Assembly: GCA_038087875.1 (NCBI GenBank)
Contig: CM075989.1
Span: 22,942,001-23,002,000, forward strand
DNA: 60,000 nt
Direction: 5' to 3'
From: Malacoraja senta
Lineage: Eukaryota
Part shown: positions 38,049 to 50,216 of the stretch, piece after piece
Layout: every line of letters begins with the position of its first letter
Numbering within the stretch: position 1 is the stretch's first letter
Translations under genes and position numbers: made by a program
Notes under the pieces: model-generated
Databases searched by the model: none
What the model was told of the DNA's origin: nothing
Seen by the model: the letters and a program-made list of their open reading frames with translations, nothing else

Positions 38049-38906
38049 CATCCAGCAACTTTCTCTGTGAGCTCGTTCAATTTAATCAGCGTTTTACCCT
38101 CTTTTTAGTTCAACGTCTAAGCAACAGCGTAGGATGGCAGCTGGTAACGCATGGAAAGACAACCTTGCAATTAGCAAAGAAACAGAGTTCAAGCATGAAA
38201 GGAAAAGGTACCGATTAAAACAAATAAATGATACAATCCCAATGGGTGAAATCTGACGTTGAGTATTTCTAAATTAACGAGGGAATGTTTACCAGATCAC
38301 AGCGAAGGCAGGCAGCGATCAGCACAGCACAGGTTTCAAGATCGGATAGACACAAAGTGCCGGAGTAACTCAGCAGGACAGGCAGCATCGCTGGAGAGAA
38401 GGAACGGGTGACTTTTAAGGTTGAGACCCTTCTTCAGGCCCGGAGATGAAATGGGGCTCGGCGATGAGCAGCCACAAGGAAAGGCAGCTTCCGAATGAGC
38501 AACACAAACGGACGGAAAATGGATTCCCCACACAGAGTGCGGTACCCTGGAGGACCAGGGATTCCACGAGCAAACTGCATCATCTCAACTACTGGGAACG
38601 CAACACAAATACAAACAGGAAGCACTCCAAACACACGGCAGGTAAGGCAGCAGCTGTGGATCGGCAAGCCATTAACTTTCAAGGTCAAAATTGCCCAGCA
38701 GAGGCTCACTGACAAGGTAGCACCCAACTACAGCTTTTAACTGGACCTCAGCACACATGACTAAAGTACTATCACTCCAGGATAAGCACTCAACTAAGAA
38801 AACCAAAGCATCTAACTATCTAACTAAATATTCTAAAATCATAAACTAAAATAGACAATAAACAATAAACTAAACAGAAACGTCACCTCTCTCTCTCTTT
38901 CCACCA

Positions 38907-39220
38907 GGGTGGTGCAGCGGTAGAATTGCTGCCTCACAGTGCCAGAGACCCTGGTTCGATCCTGACTACGGGTGCTGGCTGTACGGAATTTGTACCTTCT
39001 CCTGCATGGGTTTTCTCCGTGTGCTCTGGTTTTTCTGAGTGATCTTTGGTTTGCTCCCACACTCCAAAGACGTACAGGTTTGTAGGTTAATTGGGTTGGT
39101 ACAAATGCAAATTGTCCCTATTGTGTTTGTAGGATAGTGTTGGTGTGCGGGGATCGCTGGTCAGTGCACACTCGGTGGGCCGAAGGGCCTGTTTCCACGC
39201 TGTAGCTCCAAAACTAAAAA
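38907..39220 (+). mobile_element. HE1-type V-SINE
   Basis: Head, V-domain and tail. Confidence 0.88.
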
Positions 39221-41594
39221 GCCAGGTACTATCTGACCCAGCATTTTCAGATTTTATGCTGGGGGGTTTTCCCCCCCTTATACATTTTCATTTATTGGGG
39301 TCTATAAATTGAAACATTGAACATCATTACATTCCTCTGCGTTGGAGAATATTCGCTGATGAAGCATAAACGTGCATCCTTGGCAACAGCGACACAGCTG
39401 GTAGAACAGTGCCGGTGACCTTCGAACTATCTTTGATCAGACTTTATCTCGCACAAAATTATACCCTTTATCCTGTATCTGTACATAAAGAACGGGTTGA
39501 TTGTATCACATATAGTCTTTCCGCTGACTGGATAGCATGCAACGAGAAAGCTTTTCACAAGTGAAGGAAGAATGGAGGACCCGGCCTGGGGGGACAGCCA
39601 TGAGAGAAGGGGAAGAAGAAAAAAAAAGGGAGGACCTGGCGTGCAGAGACTCTGTAACTTTTTCAGCGCCCTTTATGTGGCAACTATTCGCATACCGTGC
39701 GTACACAAGCAACGATTCTCACTGTGACTTGTCACAGGTGGCAATTAAGCATTCATTCATTAATAAACTAAACATGGAATAATGTCAACTAAACCCAGAT
39801 TCAGGGCCGAAAGATTCAAGATTCAAGATTCAAGATTCAAGGCCTGTTTCCGCGCTGTATCTCTAAAAACTCAACAAAATAAAACCTAAACTAAAACCAT
39901 GACCCCAGATTCTACCACTTGTTTAATAACAACATTTAAAAGACTCAAGGGCCTGAGCTATAGGGAGGGGTTGAGCACGCTAGGACTCTATTCCTTGGAG
40001 CACAGGAGGATGAGGCATATCTATACTAATACCATTCACCAGCACTTGGTCCATAACCTTCTATGCCTTAGCAATTAAACTCAAATCTAGATGCTTTTAA
40101 AATATTTCAAAACATCCTGCGTTTTCCACCCAATGAGCCAGTGAAAGCGAGATAGCCATCACTCTGTGCAGTCTGAACACACCAAAGGAAATAAAGCTTG
40201 TGTTCACCACAATCAAACACATGATCAGCTGCTCAACAGGAAGATGCTCAGAGACCATTTTCTGCACCAACACTACAGACATTTGAAAGATTTGATACCT
40301 CCCCACAAGGCATGAACTCAGCCCAGAGCCACCAGAGGTAGACAGAGTGCTGGAGTAACTCAGCGAGCCAAGCGGCATCACTGGAGAAAAAGGATTGCCA
40401 ACATTCCACGTCAAGACCCTTTTTCAGACTTTCCGACCCAATACGTCACCCATCCTTTTTCTCCAGTGAGGCCCCCCGACCTGCTGAGTTACTCCAGCAC
40501 TTTGTGTCTATCTCTGGTGTAAGTCAGTTCCTGGTTTCTACTTGGGCTAGATACAGCACACGGGATTCACACTGCGTAGGAGATCAGACAGCTTCTGGAA
40601 CAAGGTGCCAGACTTGTCTTCCCTTCCTGCATGTGTGTAGGGTGTGACCAATGACACCCACATTTATTGACCATCTTTACTTACCAGAGGACTGCCTTTT
40701 TGACCAAAAAACTTTCATTGGCTCCTGCCCAAATTATCATTATTTTTTTTTTTTTTAACTCTAACTAAGGAAACATTCTAGGGAAACTCAACGAGTCATT
40801 CTGAAGAAGGGTCCTGACCCAAAATGTTGTCCGTCCATTCCCTCCACAGATGTTGCCTGACCCGTCGAGTCCCCCCAGTTCTCTTTGTCTTACTCAAGAT
40901 TCCTTCCGCCCACACAGACCGTCAAGCACCAATGTACAGTCATCTCATCTGTATCTCCCCATATTGTCATTAACTCACCCCCCCCCCCCCACCCACACCA
41001 CCGAGATGAACTGTTTGGAAGCAAGATAACATCTCCAATCATCATCGTAAGATGGAGATAACTACACAAATCCTGCAGTTTCTTACACCTCCATTGCCTC
41101 AGATTCTCTCCCCCCCCCAAACCCCCCAATTAACTCATCACCATCTCCACAGATGCCAAACCATTGGGACATACCGTAGTGTCAGACAGCAGATTATTGG
41201 AGTTTTAACGCCCTTCTCTCACCAAGGTCATTTGCTTGGACCAAGCGTGTTCTCACCATTTTCCAACTCCCGAGAGCCAGGATTGAACCTGCGACTTCTA
41301 TTCTTTAGTACAATTCGCACTGCACTGCGTTCCCAGAGGTGACCCACACTGTCGATGGGACACATCAGTCGGGGTTGGTGCCGATTGTAACCCCGTTAGA
41401 AATAGTGGAGACAAAAATACCGGAATAAAAACAGCAAATTACATTTCAGTATAATTGGCCCACGTTAATGAACTAAACTGTAATTACTCATTTCTTCAAA
41501 CATCACAGCAGAAGCAGTGGTAAGACTGAAATGCAATCTGCATTTTCCAGTTCCGTGCTAAAGTTAATTAATTTTGATGACACTGACAGCGTTA

Positions 41595-42738
41595 AGCCCC
41601 TGTCCCACTTTCACGACCTAATTGGCGACCTCTGCCGAGTTTGCCCTTGACTCATACTCGCAGCATGGTCGCCACGAGGTCGTAAGAGGTCTTCGTAACT
41701 CTTCCTCATGCTTGTGAGTGATCTCAGCGTACTCGTGGCCTCAAGTAGGTCGCGGCGTTTTTTCCAGCCTGACAAAAAATGTCCACGAGTAAAAAAAAGT
41801 CGCCATGGAAAAAATTGATACTTTTTACTCGTAGGTAGGTCGTAGGTAGTCCGGTCGTAGGTAGGTCGGTCGTAGGTAGGTCGGTCGTAGGTAGGTCGGT
41901 CGTAGGTAGGTCGGTCGTAGGTAGGTCGGTCGTAGGTAGGTCGGTCGTAGGTAGGTCGGTCGTAGGTAGGTCGGTCGTAGGTAGGTCGGTCGTAGGTAGG
42001 TCGGTCGTAGGTAGGTCGGGCGTAGGTAGGTCGGGCGTAGGTAGGTCGGGCGTAGGTAGGTGGGTCGTAGGTAGGTGGGTCGTAGGTAGGTGGGTCGTAG
42101 GTAGGTGGGTCGTAGGTAGGTGGGACGTAGGTAGGTGGGACGTAGGTAGGTGGGACGTAGGTAGGTGGGACGTAGGTAGGTGGGACGTAGGTAGGTCGGT
42201 CGTAGGTAGGTCGGTCGTAGGTAGGTCGGTCGTAGGTAGGTCGGTCGTAGGTAGGTCGGTCGTAGGTAGGTCGGTCGTAGGTAGGTCGGTCGTAGGTAGG
42301 TGGGTCGTAGGTAGGTGGGTCGTAGGTAGGTCGGTCGTAGGTAGGTCGGTCGTAGGTAGGTCGGTCGTAGGTAGGTCGGTCGTAGGTAGGTGGGTCGTAG
42401 GTAGGTGGGTCGTAGGTAGGTCGGTCGTAGGTAGGTCGGTCGTAGGTAGTCATAGGTAGGTAACTGGCCCGAGAATAAAAATGCAAACTTGACATCATTT
42501 TATCATGTGATAATTTTCCACTCGTAGCTAGTCATAGTTGGTCTTAGGTGTGGAAGACTGAGGTCGAGGGGGGTCGTAGGCATAGTCTTGGGAGGTCGTA
42601 GACATAGTCGTAGGAGGTCGTAGACACAGTCGCAGGAGGTCTTTTACTTCAGCGAGTCAACACGACTTTGACATTTTTTTCAACTCGTCTAGGGTCTTCT
42701 AAACTCGTGGATTAGGTCGTCCAAGTGGGACAGGCCCT
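41595..42738. mobile_element. PIF/Harbinger-like MITE with an internal minisatellite
   Basis: Same terminal motif; TTA TSD at 41592-41594 and 42739-42741. Confidence 0.85.
41830..42460 (+). repeat. 15-bp minisatellite (GGTCGTAGGTAGGTS)n, about 40 units
   Basis: Read directly; contains blocks of variant units. Confidence 0.97.
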
Positions 42739-42910
42739 TTAGGCTTTGGAGATGAGTCCTTTAACTTCATGAGAAAGATAGGAACATAAGTAGGCCACTC
42801 TGCCCCTCAGGCCTGCTCTACCATCCATGTGTTCATAAGCTTATACGTGATGGGCGCAGAATTAGGCCATTCGGCCCATCAAGTCTACTCCGCCGTTCAT
42901 TCATGGTCCA

Positions 42911-43415
42911 TTTTAGTTTAGTTTATTGTCACGTGTACCGAGGTACAGTGAAAAGCTTTTGTTGCGTGCTAACCAGTCAGCAGAAAGACAATACATGATG
43001 ACAATCGAGCCATTTACAGTGTACAGAAACATGATAAAGGGCCTGTCCCACTTGGCGATTTTTTCGGCGACTGCCGGCATCATTGACTGACGTATCAGGT
43101 CACCGAAAAAGTTACGTAGTGATACGACGTGACGCGGCGTGATAACGTATTGACGCACGGTGTTTCCTCAAGTGTCGCAACATTTTTTTTGTCGCCGCTG
43201 GATTTTGAAATGTTCAAAATCTTTTGGCGACCCTAATATGACGCCGGCGGTCGCCGAAAATAAAATCCCCAAGTGGGACAGGCCCTTAATGGAATAACAT
43301 TTGGTGCAAGGTAAAGCCAGCAAAGCACGATCAAGTATAGTGCGAGGGTCACCAAAGAGGTAGATAGTAGTTCAGCACTGCTCTCTGGTTGTGGTGGGAT
43401 GATTCAGTTGCCCGA
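42911..43415 (-). mobile_element. Rex1 3'UTR split by a MITE
   Basis: Reverse complement of the Rex1 3'UTR; an uninterrupted equivalent lies at 43985-44185. Confidence 0.8.
43038..43286. mobile_element. PIF/Harbinger-like MITE
   Basis: agggcctgtcccacttgg.../...ccaagtgggacaggccct; TAA TSD. Confidence 0.88.
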
Positions 43416-45381
43416 TTATGCGTTGCGTGAGAAGGTTGGACACAGACCCAGAGTGAAAGCTACGAGAGGGGAAGAAGGGGAACCTCAGACTGGGAATGAA
43501 AGTTCCAGTTGACTAAAAGGAAGCTACGGACTGAATCAAAGAATTAAACATTGAACGAGAGAAGGCTAAATATTGACATGAATAGAGAACAAAATAATAA
43601 TTGATAGAAAGTTATGAATTGGTTGTTTCTGAGGAATGTGGGCATTGCTGACAAGGCCACCTTTTGTTCCCTGTTCCTAGTTATCTGTAAGAAAGTAGTG
43701 GAGTGTCATCGTCTCAATCTCCTGCATTCCTTGTGGGTGAAGACAGTCCCTGGTATTGTTGGGCTGGGATTATCTGGACGTAGATCCCATAGTGCTGAAG
43801 GATTGAAGATTGAGGATTCATTTCCAAGGTCAGAATGATGTGAAAAGGGACAAGGATAATGGATGTGGCACCAATCAAGTGAGTTGCTTCATTCCCGACA
43901 GGGCTTAAAGTCTTTGAACGGTCACAAGTTCACAAGTTTTCTAAATGGAGAGAGAATCCAGAAATTGGAGGTGCAAAGTCCAGTTCAGTGTAGTTTATTG
44001 TCACGTGTACCGAGGTACAGTGAAAAGCTTTTGTTGCGTGCTATCCAGTCAGCGGAAAGACAATACATGATTACAATCGAGCCATTTACAGTGTACAGAT
44101 ACATAAGGGACTAACGTTTAGTGCAAGGTAAAGCCAGCAAAGTCCAATCAAGGATAGTCCGAGGGTCACCAATGAGGTAGATATGATACCATACGGTATT
44201 TATTGTTAAAAGATAGACACAGGTCCAGGAGTAAATCAGTGGGTGAGAACATGGAAAGGTGACATTTTGAGTCAGGGAGGGCCCTGTCCGACCTGTTGAA
44301 TTATTACAGCATTATGTGTCTATATTTGAAATGTGGACTTTGTGGGCCGAAGGGCCTGTATCTATGATGTTTCTCTCTGTATGACCCCACATATCAGGGT
44401 GTTGGGGGTTATGGGGAGAAGGCAGAAGAATGGGATTAAGAGGGCAAGATCGATCAGGCAACTGAACCATCCTATCACAACCATAGTGGGACCAAGTAAA
44501 GGGGATGTGTTGGTCAGCATGGATGAGTTGGGCAGAAGGGCCTGTTTCCGTGCTACAACTTCATGACTTTAACCAGGCCCATTCTGTTGGCAGTTGCCAG
44601 CCCGCACTACAGTTACACCCACTGTGGTAGAGTGAAAGCCTTCTTCTCCAAAAGGATGCCCAAGTTGGCAGATAAACTTAGAGTGGCCAACTTGGAACAC
44701 AAGGGAAAGGGCAAAGCAAAACTTCCACCATTGCACACGGAAGGGATCAATAAGTTCATGTGTTAGGAGCAGAATCAGGCCATTCGGCCCATCGAGTCTA
44801 CTCCGCTATTCAATCATGGCTGATCTATGCCCCCTAATCCCATTTTCCTGCCTTCTTCTCCCCATAACCCTCGACACCTGTTCTAATCAAGAATTTTTTG
44901 ATCCCTGCCTTAAAAGTATCCACTGACTTGGCCTCCACTGCCCTCTGTGGCAATGAGTTCCACAGTTTAACTACCCTCCGACTAAAGAAGTTCCTCCTCA
45001 CCATCTTTCTAAGCGAGCGCCCTTTAATTCTGAGGCTGTGACCTCTGGTCCTAGACTCTCCCACCAGTGGAAATATCCTTTCTGGAAGCATTATTCTGCA
45101 AGTTTCAACGAGGTCCCTTCTAAACTCCAGCGAGTAGAGGCCCAGTACTGTCAAACTAATTCCTGGAATGTTCCTGCCTTCTCCCCACAATCCCCGACAC
45201 CCCGACTAATTAATAGCAAGAAAAGTCATGTACACTTTAAACACAAATGCTAGTCCTGTCCAGTCTGCTTGGCATTACCTGCAACACACCCAACTTACAA
45301 CTCAGTCATGCATGCTGATCTAACATGTCGTCATACACACTCTACCTGGGCCTACCCACTACCCACTTGTAAGAAGTGTTA

Positions 45382-46249
45382 AACCTCTGTCCCACGGTAC
45401 GAGTTCATTCCAAGAGCTCTCCCGAGTTTGCCCTGATTCGAACTCGGAGATTTACGGTAACGGCCACTCGTCGGTACTCGGGGCTCTCGTGGACATTTTT
45501 CATCTTGTTGAAAAATCTTCACGAGTCTTCCCGTGCTTACCTGCCGTTAGCGAGTCTTCCCGAATACCTGCCATTAGCGCTAAGAGACGTCCCCGAGCTC
45601 CGACGTACCCGCTACGTTCATTCTCCGTGCTTACCACGAGTTTGATTTTTTTTTTAAACTCGTGAGAGCTCTTGGAATGAACTCTGAGGAAGGACATTAT
45701 AGCCATAGAGGGAGTGCAGAGAAGGTTCACCAGACTGATTCCTGGGATGTCAGGACTTTCATATGAAGAAAGACTGGATAGACTTGGCTTATACTCGCTA
45801 GAATTTAGGAGATTGAGAGGGGATCTTATAGAAACGTACAAAATTCTTATGGGGTTGGACAAGCTAGATGCAGGAAGATTGTTCCCGATGTTGGGGAAGT
45901 CCAGGACAAGGGGTCACAGCTTAAGGATAAGGGGGAAATCCTTTAAGACCGAGATGAGGAAAAACGTTTTCACACAGAGAGTGGTGAATCTCTGGAACTC
46001 TCTGCCACAGAGGGTAGTTGAGGCCAGTTCATTGGCTATATTTAAGAGGGAGTTAGATGTGGCCCTTGTGGCTAAAGGGGATCAGGGGGTATGGAGAGAA
46101 GGCAGGTACAGGATACTGAGTTGGATGATCAGCCATGATCATATTGAATGGCGGTGCAGGCTCGAAGGGCCGAATGGCCTACTCCTGCACCTATTTTCTA
46201 TGTATCTATGTATCTATGTATCTATGAACTCGTACCGTGGGACAGGGCT
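45382..46249. mobile_element. PIF/Harbinger-like MITE (same family as 2423-2743) with a CR1 in its right arm
   Basis: Interior aligns by eye to 2423-2743; termini are degenerate and the TSD is unclear. Confidence 0.8.
45685..46223 (+). mobile_element. CR1 3' fragment inserted into the right arm of a MITE
   Basis: CR1 C-terminal ORF and (TATCTATG)n tail, flanked by duplicated atgaactc. Confidence 0.92.
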
Positions 46250-47029
46250 ATCACGCGAGGACTTGGGGGGGGGGGGGGAAATCAATTCAGACCGTGACGT
46301 ACGATTCCTGCTAATCTCCACATCGGATGTCATCGCCTACATAAATAAATCGGCCTTAACGTTAGTGTACAACCTGCTTCCCATCAATTCAGATGCAAAC
46401 ACTTAACGTACAGCTCAGCTGTAAACTCAAACCAACCCATGGGTACGTCGCAGTTTGTGGATTTGTTGAATCATTTAGTCACTACTGATCAAACTTTCTT
46501 TCCATAAGCCATGTACAGGGAGTGAACCAAACAGATACTTTTGACCTTGAGGTTACGTCATAGGATGACGTCTTCTCACAACTACACCGCTGTACTGCAG
46601 CGGGTAGAGCTGCTGCCTCACAGCACTAGAGACCCGGGTTCGATCCTGACCTCGAGTGCTGTCTGTGTGGAGATTGCATGTACTCTGCAATGGAGGCAGG
46701 TGGAGGCTGGTTCTCTGGATGCTTTCAAGAGAGAGCTAGATAGGGCTCTTAATAATAGCGGAGTTAGGAGATATGGGGGGAAGGCAGGAACGGGGTACTG
46801 ATTGATCAGCCATGATCACATTAAATGGCGGTGCTGGCTCGAAGGACCGAATGGCCTACTCCTGCACCTATTGTCTCCCTGTAACTGTGTTGGTTTCCTC
46901 TCAATTCCAAACAAATAGGGGGGGGGGGGAGGCAGGACAGTGGGGTTGAAAGGGGAAAATAGGTAATCCATGATCGAATGGCAGAGCAGACTCGATGGGA
47001 CGAATGGCCTATTCTGCTCCTATCTCTTA

Positions 47030-47335
47030 GGTTAGTTTAGTTTAGTTTAGAGATACAGCGCGGAAATAGGCCCTTCAGCCCACCGAGTCCGCGCCGAGCA
47101 GCGATCCCCGCGCATTAACACTATCCTACACACACTAGGGACAATTTTTATGTTTATACCAAGCTAGTTAATCGACAAACCTGTACGTCTTTGGAGTGTG
47201 GGAGGAAACCAAAGATCTCGGAGAAAACCCACGTGGTCACGGGGAGAACGTACAAACTCCGCACAGACAGCACCCGTAGTCAGGATCAAACCCGGGTCTC
47301 TGGCGCCGTGAGGCAGCAACTCTACCGCTGCGCCA
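47030..47335 (-). mobile_element. HE1-type V-SINE, near consensus
   Basis: Head, V-domain and (CTAAA)n tail. Confidence 0.9.
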
Positions 47336-47586
47336 ATTAGTATCTCTCTTTTTCTTGGAGAAAGGGAGTTCAAATTTTCACAACGGGCATCGTGACCCCC
47401 GAGATTGCCATTTGTGAATCATCAAGTTACCGAAGCCACAATAATTACACCAAATAGTCAAGTATCTTATTATTCAAACAATGACTAACTGCTTGACTCA
47501 GGATGATCGATACTGTCAATACAGATTATCAAAGGTCCTTCACAAAATCAATACCTTTTCCTTCCCAGTTATATGACTTAAGAAGG

Positions 47587-47637
47587 GGGGTGGAAGATTG
47601 CAACCTTCACGTGGTCCGCCCTGTTTTAACGAATGCA
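47587..47637 (+). ncRNA. Minimal HDV-like self-cleaving ribozyme motif
   Basis: P1 GGGGUGG/CCGCCCU (G1-U wobble), P2 UGCA/UGCA, P3 ACC/GGU, L3 UUCACGU, single G for P1.1, rudimentary P4, J4/2 CGAA. Confidence 0.75.
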
Positions 47638-47710
47638 CAATGAAATAAGATCAAATAGAACAAGTTGTCCTACAACTTTAGGCTGTGCACGCCATACGCA
47701 AGAAGAAGAA
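47587..47710 (+). mobile_element. 124-bp SINE-like retroelement headed by a minimal HDV-like ribozyme
   Basis: 12-bp TSD gacttaagaagg (47575-47586 and 47711-47722), (AGA)n tail and 3' hairpin aagttgt-cct-acaactt. The 5' 51 nt fit the HDV topology. Confidence 0.85.
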
Positions 47711-47847
47711 GACTTAAGAAGGCTCTTCAGTCTTGAGTGCAGTCTAGTTATCAGTAAGAAGGCAATTGTTTGGTATATTACATTTGAAGAACAGCACTTA
47801 TTTTTAAACACATAATAACATTACCAGCTGGCACAAATAAATAAGGA

Positions 47848-48658
47848 AGTAAGTAATTTTATTTGCCAAGTATTCACATACAAGGAGTTTGCCTTGGTGC
47901 TCCGCCCACAAGTAACAACATGACATGGATTTGAGTATAGGAGCAGGGAGGTTCTACTGCAGTTGTACAGGGTCTTGGTGAGACCACACCTGTAGTATTG
48001 CGTACAGTTTTGGTCTCCTAATCTGAGGAAGGACATTCTTGCCTTAGAGGGAGTGCAGAGAAGGTTCACCAGACTGATTCCTGGGATGTCAGGACTTTCA
48101 TATGAAGAAAGACTGGATAGACTTGGCTTATACTCACTAGAATTTAGGAGATTGAGGGGGGATCTTATAGAAACTTACAAAATTCTTATGGGGTTGGACA
48201 GGCTAGATGCAGGAAGATTGTTCCTGATGTTGGGGAAGTCCAGAACAAGGGGTCACAGTTTAAGGATAAGGGGGAAATCTTTTAGGTCCGAGATGAGAAA
48301 AACATTTTTCACACAGAGAGTGGTGAATCTGTGGAATTCTCTGCCACAGAGGGTAGTTGAGGCCAGTTCATTGGCTATATTTAAGAGGGAGTTAGATGTG
48401 GCCCTTGTGGCTAAAGGGATCAGGGGGTATGGAGAGAAGGCAGGTACAGGATACTGAGTTGGATGATCAGCCATGATCATATTGAATGGCGGTGCAGGAT
48501 CGAAGGGCCGAATGGCCTACTCCTGCACCTATTTTCTATGTTTCTATGTTTCTATGACCTACAGTGACAGTTACGAATGACTCAGAAAACACTAAACATT
48601 AATAATAATAAAACATTAATGATAAAACACCATTGATCAAGCATGTGAACCAACAAAA
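47848..48658 (-). mobile_element. Rex1 3'UTR (same family as 49425-49812), split by CR1
   Basis: Reverse complement of 49635-49810. Confidence 0.8.
47927..48556 (+). mobile_element. CR1 3' fragment inserted in a Rex1 3'UTR
   Basis: ORF 48053-48457; (TTTCTATG)n tail. Confidence 0.92.
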
Positions 48659-49424
48659 TCAGAATTATACTTTCACTCTCCCCGACTCAAACTACGTTTT
48701 AGTGGAATTCCAACGATGAGACCAATGGATAGCCGGGAACTCTTCAGTTCTAGCAGTAGGCAAACAGAATCTTTATTCCCCAGGGTGGAAATATCAAATA
48801 CTTGAGAGCATAGCTTCTAGTATTTGATACTAGAGGGAAAAGATGAGGGGCAAAGCTTAAAGGAAATGTGCGAGGCAAGATGGACACACGGACACGGGAC
48901 TAGAACAGAGTGCTGGGCATGATGGGTCGATACAATGGTGGCATTGAAGACTTTTGGACAGGCACTTGGACAAGCAGGGAACGGATGGTCATGGATCACG
49001 TGCAGGCAGATAACAGTTGGTCTTATCATCACGTGCGACACAGGCATCGTGGGCCGAATGGCCTGTTCCTGTGCTGTACTGTTTTCTATACAAAGTTGCA
49101 CTTTCTTTTGGGTGAAGTATATTTTTACACCAACACCGAACAGTCTTGGTTCGGATTCTAATGCACCTCCTTGATCGGAACACCAAGGAAACACTCCCTC
49201 TCATGATACGGTCACAGGCCCGACAGCCCAACTCACCCACTCCGACCAACCTGCCCCATTTATAGTCCCACCTGCCTGCTTTTGGCCCACCACCCTCTGT
49301 GTAAAAAAGTTACCCTTCAGGTTCCTATTAAATCTTTCGCCCTTCACCTTAAACCTATGTCCTCTGGTTCTCGATTCCCCATCTCTGGAAAAAAACTGTG
49401 CGTTTACCCAATCTATTCCTCTCA

Positions 49425-49812
49425 ACTGAACTGTACACTGCAAGGGCCAGGAAGCGAGCGGGCAAGATCATCTCTGACCCCTCTCACCCTGGCCACAAAC
49501 TCTTTGAATCACTTCCCTCTGGAAGGCAACTCCGGACTGTCAAAGCTGCCACAGCCAGACATAAAAACAGTTTTTATCCACGAGTAGTTGCTCTACTCAA
49601 CAGCCAAATATCTGTAGCCTCCCTTTGATCTGGTATTTTGTTGGTTCACATGCTTGATCAATGGTGTTTTATCATTAATGTTTTATTTTTATTAATGTTT
49701 AGCGTTTTCGGAGTCATTCCTAACTGTCACTGTATGTCATGTTGTTACTTGTGGGTGGAGCACCAAGGCAAATTCCTTGTATGTGAATACTTGGCCAATA
49801 AACTTACTTACT
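49425..49812 (+). mobile_element. Rex1/Babar LINE 3' end (second family)
   Basis: RARKRAGKIISDPSHPGHKLFESLPSGRQLRTVKAATARHKNSFYP; (CTTA)n tail. Confidence 0.85.
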
Positions 49813-50216
49813 CATGATTTTCTGCAGCTCTATCAACATCACCCCTCATCCTCCTGCGCTCCAAGGAATAAATCCTAGCCTGCTCAACCTCTCCCTATAG
49901 CTCAGTTCCTCGAGTCCTGGCAACATCCTGGTAAATCTTCTCTGCACCCTTTCAAGCTCGACAACATCTGTTCTATAACATGGTGACCAAGCCCGAACAC
50001 AAGACTCTAAATGTGGCTTCACCAACTTCTTATACAACTGTAACATGACCTCCCAACCTCTGTACTCTGACTGATGAAGGCCAAATGTACCGAAAGCCTT
50101 CTTAACCACCCTCATTTTCAAGAAATCTGCACTCCTAGATCCCTCTGCTCCACAACACATGTTGGATTTACCAATTAATTCCTTCAATCCTCCAGAGCGG
50201 ACCAGTCACCACTTAC

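Noticed and set aside
41611..42498. 295-aa PTYDR-repeat ORF resembling an extensin or adhesive protein
   Set aside because: It is the translation of a 15-bp minisatellite inside a MITE and has no evident splice sites or gene context.
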